DNA of 64,000 bases from assembly GCA_049320885.1 (NCBI GenBank), contig JBMORA010000001.1, positions 50,612 through 114,611 of the forward strand, in the 5' to 3' direction. Source of the DNA: Thermodesulfobacteriota bacterium (lineage in GTDB: Bacteria > Desulfobacterota > Desulfobacteria > Desulfobacterales > SURF-7). The notes under the pieces were generated by a model that saw nothing but the letters and a program-made list of their open reading frames with translations, was not told the origin of the DNA and made no database searches. Every line of letters starts with the position of its first letter. The first letter of the stretch is position 1. Position numbers and translations under genes: made by a program. Positions 1 to 7,454 of this stretch are shown piece after piece.

Positions 1-657
1 GGAGGCCGCGCTCATGACCGTCAGGATGAAGCGGGTCTGACGCCGGGCTCCGGTGGCCTCCAGAATCTCCGAAAGTGGAGTGGACAGCCCGATGGTCCAG
101 ACATGGGGACCGAAACGCACCGGTGTCCAGGCTGCGATTTCAGGACCTTTTTCCGGTAACCAGACATACCAGCCGACCCCTTCGGCCGCATCGGTCACGT
201 TCCGGCACATCTCTTCATAATGGCGGGCGCCGTTACGAGCCTGGAAGGCGAAAATCTCCGCCATGCTCTTGCCGCGGTATTCTTCCGGAAAATCGGAGCT
301 GAGATCGAAAACCACATGGTCCGGCGCGTAAATCCAGGCATCCCCGTTTGCAAGGAGGCGCACCGGTTCGACAAAACGACGGAAAATCTCCTGCTCGATC
401 TTTTCGATGGACCGGCCGCGTTCCAGTTCATACCGGACGTAGGAAGCCACGCTGCGGGACACCGCCCGGACGATTTCGAGCTGGGTTTCCTGGTAGGCGC
501 GGGTGACGGCCTGCCGCACCGTCACCTGGTACCGAATGGCGACGAACCATCCCAGGGCCAGAACCAGGACCACCAGAAAAACCAGGGTCGGCTCGAAAAT
601 TCGCAGCAGGTAAGCGGGGCGGGGTTCATCTTGTCCGGGAATCGCGGGCGTCGGCAT
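1..657 (-). CDS. Membrane sensor protein with extracellular Cache-like domain (probable histidine kinase or other signal transducer); 5' part only, runs off the window
   Basis: Hand translation of the minus strand from ATG 657 is open to position 1 ([44 protein letters not shown]...GDAWIY...EGVGWYVW...[20 protein letters not shown]...[10 protein letters not shown]). Layout is TM helix, periplasmic Cache-like region, start of a second TM helix. Missing from the ORF track because it has no stop in the window. Confidence 0.7.
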   Translation of the reverse strand, partial: MPTPAIPGQDEPRPAYLLRIFEPTLVFLVVLVLALGWFVAIRYQVTVRQAVTRAYQETQLEIVRAVSRSVASYVRYELERGRSIEKIEQEIFRRFVEPVRLLANGDAWIYAPDHVVFDLSSDFPEEYRGKSMAEIFAFQARNGARHYEEMCRNVTDAAEGVGWYVWLPEKGPEIAAWTPVRFGPHVWTIGLSTPLSEILEATGARRQTRFILTVMSAAS

Positions 658-798
658 GAGGGATGGTCACAGCTCCTTTTCCGTTCCGGCCGCCGCTGCC
701 GCGGCAACCGGGCTGGGCGAGACATCTGGATCTCCGTTCGGGCGGCATGCGCCGCCAGAATACCGGAATTAATACGAATTTCCTAATAATGCCATGGA

Positions 799-827
799 AG
801 TATATGCAATGGGTATCCGGGTGTCAA
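799..827 (-). promoter_or_regulatory. sigma70 promoter for the sensor gene
   Basis: Minus strand TTGACA-N17-TATACT. Confidence 0.65.
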
Positions 828-828
828 G

Positions 829-858
829 ATGATTGCCCATGCCATGATTGCCCATGCC
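829..858. repeat. Perfect 15-bp tandem direct repeat ATGATTGCCCATGCC x2
   Basis: Copies at 829-843 and 844-858, directly upstream of the minus-strand -35 box. Confidence 0.9.
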
Positions 859-1069
859 CGTTATCATTGTCCGGCATATTCCACCGAGCCGGATCTGCCC
901 CTGCGGCCATCGGCCTCGGCGGCGGATCAACCCTTTTTCCGCCCACGGACGACGCGGATTTTCCCGGATGAGAAAAAATACCGCAAAAAAATGAAACTTT
1001 TTGCCACCTACCGGGTTTAACTGTCTAAACGGCAACCATGTTTAATTTACCCGAAAAGGAGACTGAAAA

Positions 1070-1630
1070 ATGAAAAGATCGATGATGATGGTATTGGCGA
1101 TAACCCTGCTGATGACCCTGGGCCTTGGCGGCAACTCGTTTGCCGGTAACGGCAATATGCGCTCCGATGGAACTGCCGCCGCTATCCAAAACGGTAACGC
1201 GGACAATCCCCGGGGTGTTCTCAAAGAACAATTCCGCCATTGCGCCCGATGGCATCACCGGCCGGTTCTGAACCGGTTGTTCCACTGCATGCAGGACCTG
1301 AATTTGTCCGACGAAACCCGACAGGCCGTCCGGGATTTGCTGGCGGCGTATAAAGAATCCGCTGCGGCCCGCAGGGAAGCATACAACCAGGCGCGGATCG
1401 CCTACTGGGAAGCGCTCACCGCCCCGGTGCTGGATGAAGCCGCCCTGGCTGCCGCTGAAGACGCCATGCTGGCTCTCATCAACGAGGGGATGAATGCCAA
1501 ATTCGATCTGGCCTATGCCATCCGGGGTCTGCTGACGGATGAACAGATCGCCCAACTGTCAACCTGTTTCGATTTTTCGGTTGATGACGATCAGGACGAT
1601 GAGCCTGCGGGCGATCTGGAAAACGACTGA
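1070..1630 (+). CDS. Spy/CpxP-like periplasmic chaperone or periplasmic heavy-metal sensor family protein
   Basis: Signal peptide; LNLSDETRQ and LLTDEQ (LTxxQ-like) motifs; helical; AAGGAG RBS. Confidence 0.7.
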   Translation: MKRSMMMVLAITLLMTLGLGGNSFAGNGNMRSDGTAAAIQNGNADNPRGVLKEQFRHCARWHHRPVLNRLFHCMQDLNLSDETRQAVRDLLAAYKESAAARREAYNQARIAYWEALTAPVLDEAALAAAEDAMLALINEGMNAKFDLAYAIRGLLTDEQIAQLSTCFDFSVDDDQDDEPAGDLEND

Positions 1631-1677
1631 GTCATCTCTTCCACATCTCCTCCAACCCCAACCAGAGGTAACCGAGT

Positions 1678-1702
1678 AAGGGAGGGCAGGTCCCTCCCTT
1701 TC
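1678..1702 (+). terminator. Intrinsic terminator after spy/cpxP-like gene
   Basis: AAGGGAGGG-CAGGT-CCCTCCCTT hairpin followed by a short T-rich tract. Confidence 0.6.
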
Positions 1703-1768
1703 ATATTTGCGGGAAATGCAGAAATCCCTCGAACTGTACGCCAGCTTATTTTGCTATAACTGGCTTTA

Positions 1769-1802
1769 AATACTTGACATAAAAAATTTCATCAAGTATT
1801 CA
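1769..1802 (+). promoter_or_regulatory. Candidate promoter with overlapping inverted repeat upstream of the IHF gene
   Basis: TTGACA(1774)-N17-TATTCA, overlapped by perfect IR AATACTTGA-N14-TCAAGTATT (1769-1800). Confidence 0.45.
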
Positions 1803-1910
1803 CAGTAATTATGATACGCCTTTGCATGACCATACCCCGTCAACCCCTGTTTTTTTTCTTCAATATCAACATATTGGCCATAAAATATTCCATAATAACA
1901 GGTAAAAACA

Positions 1911-2186
1911 ATGAACAAGCTTGAATTGATCGAAAAATTTCGCTCCGAGGCGAAAATTTCAAAAGCGGAAGCAGCTACAATTGTAGACCTCTTCTTCAAT
2001 TCCATGTCGGATGCCCTGGCAAAGAGCGGCCGCGTGGAAATCCGCGGGCTGTTCAGCTTTTACGTGAAACAATACAAATCCTACATCGGCCGCAACCCGA
2101 AGACCGGTGAAAAGGTACCCATCAAACCCAAGAAGCTGCCATTTTTCAAATGCGGCAAGGAACTGAAAGCGCGAGTGGATTACTGA
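1911..2186 (+). CDS. ihfB: Integration host factor beta / HU family DNA-binding protein
   Basis: MNKLELI...GRVEIRG..SF...GRNPKTGEKV..KPKKLPFFKCGKELK signature. Confidence 0.85.
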   Translation: MNKLELIEKFRSEAKISKAEAATIVDLFFNSMSDALAKSGRVEIRGLFSFYVKQYKSYIGRNPKTGEKVPIKPKKLPFFKCGKELKARVDY

Positions 2187-2261
2187 TACCGGAAAAATCG
2201 TTTTCGGTGACGATCACGCCAGTCGATGCTGGCAATCAACCCTGAATGAAAGGAGCATCCC

Positions 2262-2486
2262 ATGGCCAATCAGATTGAAAAAGGAATCAAATCGATCAGA
2301 AAAGAGATTGACAAGGTGTTGGACCGGCTGGAAAAATTTATGGTAGAGATTTCCAAAATGGGACAATCAAAACCGGAAAAGAAATCGGCCTCCAAAAAAG
2401 CCCCTGCAAAAAAAGCAGCTGCAAGTAAAAAGAAAGCGGCGCCGGCAAAAAAGAAAACCGAGAAAAGCGACACGCTGAAGGATTGA
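2262..2486 (+). CDS. Small Lys/Ala-rich histone-like protein, possibly C-terminally truncated
   Basis: AAAGGAG RBS; N-terminal coiled-coil-like segment followed by KKAPAKKAAASKKKAAPAKKK. Confidence 0.65.
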   Translation: MANQIEKGIKSIRKEIDKVLDRLEKFMVEISKMGQSKPEKKSASKKAPAKKAAASKKKAAPAKKKTEKSDTLKD

Positions 2487-2552
2487 TCGCGGGTAAGCTG
2501 GGGAGCAACCGCTCAAGGGATAGCCGGATTTGGGGGGCTTGAAAAAGCCCTG

Positions 2553-2590
2553 GAGGGAAGCGAATGCACAATTCGTTTCCCTCTTTTTTT
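2553..2590 (+). terminator. Intrinsic terminator
   Basis: GAGGGAAGCGAAT-GCACA-ATTCGTTTCCCTC followed by T7. Confidence 0.75.
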
Positions 2591-2661
2591 CAAGGCAGAC
2601 CTGGCAGCGGTGGCGTAAGCATGGAAATATGTAAATTTTTTAAGTCATATTAAAGGATTGC

Positions 2662-2690
2662 TTGACACACTGGCAACCGATACATATACT
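2662..2690 (+). promoter_or_regulatory. sigma70 promoter of the biosynthetic operon
   Basis: TTGACA-N17-TATACT, about 50 nt upstream of ATG 2743. Confidence 0.75.
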
Positions 2691-2742
2691 CGGCAGCGAC
2701 TTGGCACTCCCGACCCTAATTTCTGACTGAATACAATTTTGC

Positions 2743-4143
2743 ATGAATATCTTATTGATTTTTCCAGCGCCGGAACGATTCCCCATCAGTGTATACCAGT
2801 ACCGCAACGTATCCATCCCCGCTTTTCTGACCCACATGGCAGCGCTCACTCCCAAGGAACACCAGGTTCGCCTGGTCGATATGATGATGGGCGACACCGT
2901 TCCCTACCACGACCGTTTTGACCTGGTTGGCATTACCGTCCGCACGCCCATGGCGCCGGTCTCCTATGCAATTGCCGACCGTTTCCGATCCATGGGAACG
3001 AAGGTCGTTCTGGGCGGGGCCCATGCCTCGGCGCTGCCCATGGAGGCCAAAGGCCACGCCGACGCGGTTGTCATCGGCGAAGCGGAACAAACCTGGGAAA
3101 TGGTTCTGGAAGATGTCCATACCAACAGCTTGCGCGACTTTTATGTCTGCGGGCCCTTTCCATTGGACACGCTCAGCGGCGATTTCCGCCACGTGCCCCA
3201 TCGGCCGGACCTGAAAGATCTGCCGGCACCACGATATGATCGGCTGGATTGCAGTCGCTATATCATGGGAACCTTCTTCACCACCCGCGGATGTACCTAT
3301 GGATGCAAATTCTGCAACGTGCAGCCGTTGTTCGGCGCCCGGACAAGGCACCGCCCCGTCGACCAGGTCATTGGCGAACTGTCAAAGGCCCCCAGACTCC
3401 TGCTGTCGGTGGACGACAATATTTTCGGCGCCCCGGGGGATGTCGATTACTATATGGAACTTTACGGCCGAATGAAAAAGCTCGGGAAATACTGGGCGGG
3501 CCAGGGTTCCCTGGCGGTAACGACCTATCCCCGTGCGGATGGGTTGCTGCAAACAGCAGCGAAAAGCGGTTTATCCCTGCTAACCGCCGGCATCGAGGCG
3601 CTGGACAGCGACGGTCTTGAAGAAAGCGGCGCCTTTCGGAAGCTCGGTCTTTCCGCGCCCGCTAACATCACCACGGACCAGGCCAGGGAAAGCATCCATA
3701 AAATTCAACGTTACGGCATCAACCTGCTGGGCTATTTTATCATCGGTTTCCGTCGACAGACCCCGGCGACCTTCCAGGCGATTCTTGATTTCTGCGACCG
3801 TTTCGCCATCATACCGGTACCGATTCTCCTGCACCCATTGCCCGGCACGCCCCTGTATGAGGAGTACCGGGCGGAAGGCCTGCTGCACGCTCCGCATGGC
3901 TGGGAAGCCTTCGACGGCGCGCATATGGTGGTCCGCCACCCGGAATTCGATGTCGCGGATACCGAACAAAAATATATCCAGACAGTGATGGCCGCCAACA
4001 GCAACGGCCGAAGAGTCTCCCGGACATTCCAGCGCTTTATCCGGAATCCCCGGATCGACAGCTTGATCAATTTTCACAAAACCCAGGGGGTCATGCAGAA
4101 GGGGATCCGGGAATATTTAAAGGAGCGGCGATCGTCTCCATGA
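2743..4143 (+). CDS. Cobalamin-binding radical SAM protein (class B methyltransferase-like)
   Basis: N-terminal B12-binding domain (DLVGIT..VVLGGAHAS..DAVVIGEAE), RGCTYGCKFC (CxxxCxxC), DDNIF, FIIGF, PLPGTPLY. Confidence 0.9.
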   Translation: MNILLIFPAPERFPISVYQYRNVSIPAFLTHMAALTPKEHQVRLVDMMMGDTVPYHDRFDLVGITVRTPMAPVSYAIADRFRSMGTKVVLGGAHASALPMEAKGHADAVVIGEAEQTWEMVLEDVHTNSLRDFYVCGPFPLDTLSGDFRHVPHRPDLKDLPAPRYDRLDCSRYIMGTFFTTRGCTYGCKFCNVQPLFGARTRHRPVDQVIGELSKAPRLLLSVDDNIFGAPGDVDYYMELYGRMKKLGKYWAGQGSLAVTTYPRADGLLQTAAKSGLSLLTAGIEALDSDGLEESGAFRKLGLSAPANITTDQARESIHKIQRYGINLLGYFIIGFRRQTPATFQAILDFCDRFAIIPVPILLHPLPGTPLYEEYRAEGLLHAPHGWEAFDGAHMVVRHPEFDVADTEQKYIQTVMAANSNGRRVSRTFQRFIRNPRIDSLINFHKTQGVMQKGIREYLKERRSSP

Positions 4144-5678
4144 AACCAGCCATATTATTGACCGGTGCCACCGGACTCGTGGGCGCCAGCCTGTTGCGTG
4201 CCCTGATAGAAGAAGATTATCCGGTCATCTGCCTGGCCCGCCCCAGGAACGGCCATTCCCCGGCAATGCGGATACAACATACCCTGGCGGCGCTGTCCCC
4301 TGATCTGACGTCTCCCCGGAAGATCAAAACCCACGTCGAGACCTATTGCGGGGACATCACCCAGCCGCAACTGGGCCTGTCCCTGACGGACTACCGCCAT
4401 CTTGCCCGGACCGTCACCCATGTCTTTCACAGCGCCGCCGCCATCCGTTTTGCGGCGGCCGACACTCACAAGGTTCGCCTGACCAACATCGGCGGCACGG
4501 ACAATCTCCTGGCCTTCTTGCAGGACGCCCCTGCCGTTGAAGGCCTGCATTATATCGGCACAGCCTATATCGCTGGCGACCGGGAAGATCGGGTTTACGA
4601 AGACGATACGGATAAAGGCCAGACATTCAACAACGCCTACGAGGAAAGCAAATTCGTCGCTGAACTCCGCATCCGGGAATTTCAGCGCCGGGCGCTTTCG
4701 AAAGTGACCATCTACCGGCCGGGCATCATTGTGGGGGATTACCTTACCGGCACCACCATCCGGTTCAATACCATGTATCAGTTTCTCAAGGTCCTGCACG
4801 TCCTGAAATCCTCCTACCGCCCCGACAGCAGCGGGAGAACCCACATGCCCATCCGGGTTCTCGCCGATCCCCGGACCACCAAAAACTTTGTCCCCATTGA
4901 TTATGTGGTGAAACTGGTCATGAAAATCTTTTCCGAACCGCGGCTCCATGGCAAAACCTATCATCTGGTCAACCACCAGCCGCCCACCATGGCCCTGATC
5001 CGGGAAGTCATGCTGGACGTGCTGCAGATCAGCGGCCCCACCTTCGTCCCCCCCAAATCCTTCCAGGAAAATCCGCCGGATGAAATCGAACGGGTTTTCA
5101 TCGATGAAACCAAGATCTACACGCCCTACCTGTTGAAGGAACCCGCATTCGACAACACCCATGTCCGCGACATCGCCCCGGGATCCGAATATCTGTGCCC
5201 GCCCATGGACCGGGAGGCCCTGCTCCGGCTTTTCGAATTTGCCGTCCACTCCGGCTGGGGTCGCAACATTTGGAAGCGGGTGCTCAAACCCGCCGAGAAT
5301 GCGCAGGGAAGGACCCAACTGATTCGCAGCTATTTCAACGACTTTTTGCCATCTGTCATGGGCCGGTCGATTTTTGCCGACCTCGACAACCTGAATGCCT
5401 GCATCGGTTTCCTGTTCACCGACAGCCGGGAAAAGTGGACGATTGAAATCAAAAACGGCAAGTTGCAACAAATACGACCACTCCTGCCGGATCGCAGCCA
5501 GGTGAACTATGAACTGGGGGATGACACCTTCGCCCACATCATATCCGGAACGCTGACCCCCCAGGAGGCTTTTTTCACCAATAAATCGAAAATCAAGGGA
5601 GATGCACTGAAAGGTTTGAAGCTTGCAGCCATTTTCGACCGGTTCATCAAGCAATACCCGTATCAAGGCCATGATTGA
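4140..5678 (+). CDS. Extended-SDR acyl-thioester / fatty acyl-CoA reductase-like protein (NAD_binding_4 type) fused to a C-terminal SCP2 lipid-binding domain
   Basis: LLTGATGLVG, GDITQPQLGL, HSAA, NIGGT, YEESK, YRPGIIVG. The last ~105 aa (WTIEIKNG...FAHIISGTLTPQEAFFTNKSKIKGD) fit the SCP2 pattern. ATGA overlap with the upstream gene. Confidence 0.8.
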   Translation: MKPAILLTGATGLVGASLLRALIEEDYPVICLARPRNGHSPAMRIQHTLAALSPDLTSPRKIKTHVETYCGDITQPQLGLSLTDYRHLARTVTHVFHSAAAIRFAAADTHKVRLTNIGGTDNLLAFLQDAPAVEGLHYIGTAYIAGDREDRVYEDDTDKGQTFNNAYEESKFVAELRIREFQRRALSKVTIYRPGIIVGDYLTGTTIRFNTMYQFLKVLHVLKSSYRPDSSGRTHMPIRVLADPRTTKNFVPIDYVVKLVMKIFSEPRLHGKTYHLVNHQPPTMALIREVMLDVLQISGPTFVPPKSFQENPPDEIERVFIDETKIYTPYLLKEPAFDNTHVRDIAPGSEYLCPPMDREALLRLFEFAVHSGWGRNIWKRVLKPAENAQGRTQLIRSYFNDFLPSVMGRSIFADLDNLNACIGFLFTDSREKWTIEIKNGKLQQIRPLLPDRSQVNYELGDDTFAHIISGTLTPQEAFFTNKSKIKGDALKGLKLAAIFDRFIKQYPYQGHD

Positions 5679-6360
5679 AGAATCTGTTTTTTTCCGCTCG
5701 GATCGCTTGAACCTTCACGGCGTTCTGTCATACGCAGAAGATCTCTTCCTCGCGCCGGCGGTCCTGTTGTGCCCGCCCCACCCTCAGCTGGGCGGCAACA
5801 TGGACAACAACGTCATCCGCGCGATCCACAATCTCCTGGCGGCGAACGATTTTGTCAGCTTTCGATTTGACTACCGCGGTGTCGGCAGGAGCGAAGGTGA
5901 TGCTGAAATGGAAGTGGACAGCCTCAAGGCCTTTTGGGAAGATTCCCACAGTCCCTTGGACCTGCCCCGCCAGCAGGATGCCATGGCCGCCTTCGATTAT
6001 TTGCGGCGGATGCCGGGAATCAACCAGCGGGAACTATCCCTCGTGGGGTATTCCTTCGGAGCCCATGCGGCCCTGCAGATCGCCGCCGACGCGCCGTGGC
6101 TCGCGGCCATGGTCCTGGTCGCCCCAACACTTCATTTCCACGATTTCGACCGGCTTGATTCCCTGACCATTCCCAAACTGATCGTCTGGAGCGACAATGA
6201 CTTCTCGTGCCCCCAGGATCATTACACCAAACGTTTCCGGGACTTCGCCGCCCCCAAGGAACACTTGGTTTTCCCGGGGGCGGACCATTTTTTCATCGGC
6301 CATGAAGCGGCCCTGAGCCACCGCGTTCTCCAATTTTTGAAAGGCAGGTTGAATGCATAA
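5671..6360 (+). CDS. Alpha/beta hydrolase (COG2945-like)
   Basis: PPHPQLGGNMDNNV, RFDYRGVGRSEG, nucleophile elbow GYSFG, GADHFF. Start at ATG 5671 overlaps the upstream stop by 8 nt. Confidence 0.85.
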   Translation: MIEESVFFRSDRLNLHGVLSYAEDLFLAPAVLLCPPHPQLGGNMDNNVIRAIHNLLAANDFVSFRFDYRGVGRSEGDAEMEVDSLKAFWEDSHSPLDLPRQQDAMAAFDYLRRMPGINQRELSLVGYSFGAHAALQIAADAPWLAAMVLVAPTLHFHDFDRLDSLTIPKLIVWSDNDFSCPQDHYTKRFRDFAAPKEHLVFPGADHFFIGHEAALSHRVLQFLKGRLNA

Positions 6361-7435
6361 CGTCCCCTGGTTTCATCAATCCGCCGATATCTGGTTGCGT
6401 CACGTGCTGTCGATCCATTTTGATCCGCAAACCGGAACCCCTTACTGGCTGGAACAGGCCCGAAAAATGGGAGTCGATGTATTGCAGCAGATCCGGTCCA
6501 CCGACGACCTCGGCATCCTGGGCCCCATGAACCCAAAGGCCCTCGCCACCCGGCCGGTGGAGGATTTCATTCCCCGCCGCTATCACCTGGAGAAGGAGTC
6601 CTTCACGCTGGGAGATACCGCCGGCACCACCGGCACCCCCAAGGTGACGGCCTATCGCAATGACGAGTTCCATGCCGCCTTTGTGGAATACTTCGGTTTC
6701 GTCGCCGAGAAGCTGGGCTTTCCCAAGAGCTTGAACTGGTTGTGGATCGGTCCAGGAGGGCCCCATATCATTGGCAAAGCCGCACGGATGGTGGCCAGGA
6801 GGATGGGCAGCCTGGATCCGTTCGCCATCGATTTCGACGCCCGCTGGATCAAGAAACTGGTTCCCGGTTCCATGGGCTGGGAGCGCTATTTCCAGCACAT
6901 TGAAGACCAGGCCCTGCACATTCTCAGGACCCAAGACATCGGCGTCCTGTTTTCAACCCCGCCGGTTCTGAAAAGGCTGGCGGATAAAATGAACCCCGCG
7001 CTACGGCGCCGAATCAAGGGGGTCCACTACGGCGGCATGGCGCTTTCCCCGGAGCTGTATCTGCGCCTGCGGAACGACTGTTTTCCCGAAGCCGTTCACA
7101 TTTCCGGATACGGCAACACCCTTTTCGGGGTTTGTCTGGAGGTCGAGTCCAACCCGGACGGGCGCCTTCATTACTTTCCCCCCGGTGTGCGCCTGCTCAT
7201 CGACATCATCGGCCCGGACAACCGGAAAGTGGATTATGGCCAACGAGGCCGGGTGGTTTTCAGTCGTCTGGATGAAAGTTTTTTAATTCTCAACATGCTG
7301 GAACGCGACCAGGCCACCCGTATTCCGGCCGGGGCGGCCGCCCGCGCCTTCGGCCTGACCCTGGACGGCTTGGCTGATCCCGGTCCGGACCCAACGCCGG
7401 ACACAGCGAAAAAGATGGCCCTGGGGCTGTATTAA
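6353..7435 (+). CDS. EhpF/LuxE/PaaK-like short adenylate-forming (ANL superfamily) enzyme
   Basis: HFDPQTGTPYWL, P-loop TAGTTGTPK, GPHIIG, IDFDARWIKK, STPPVL, GYGNT, DYGQRGRV, ERD and terminal GLY. These match my recollection of the phenazine-modifying enzyme EhpF in order and length (~360 aa). Confidence 0.75.
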   Translation: MHNVPWFHQSADIWLRHVLSIHFDPQTGTPYWLEQARKMGVDVLQQIRSTDDLGILGPMNPKALATRPVEDFIPRRYHLEKESFTLGDTAGTTGTPKVTAYRNDEFHAAFVEYFGFVAEKLGFPKSLNWLWIGPGGPHIIGKAARMVARRMGSLDPFAIDFDARWIKKLVPGSMGWERYFQHIEDQALHILRTQDIGVLFSTPPVLKRLADKMNPALRRRIKGVHYGGMALSPELYLRLRNDCFPEAVHISGYGNTLFGVCLEVESNPDGRLHYFPPGVRLLIDIIGPDNRKVDYGQRGRVVFSRLDESFLILNMLERDQATRIPAGAAARAFGLTLDGLADPGPDPTPDTAKKMALGLY

Positions 7436-7454
7436 CCGTAGGGAGGAATGCCTC

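Noticed and set aside
2701..2727. CIRCE element or sigma54 site (TTGGCACTC)
   Set aside because: Only a half-site; neither the GAGTGCTAA arm nor GC at the -12 position is present
2743..4143. RiPP maturase system
   Set aside because: No SPASM or RRE domain and no precursor peptide. U32 'peptidase' is a legacy name, and the upstream Lys-rich ORF is separated by a terminator.
6353..7435. Phenazine biosynthesis cluster, suggested by the EhpF similarity
   Set aside because: No phzA/B, D, E, F or G homologs in the window; only the adenylating fold is shared
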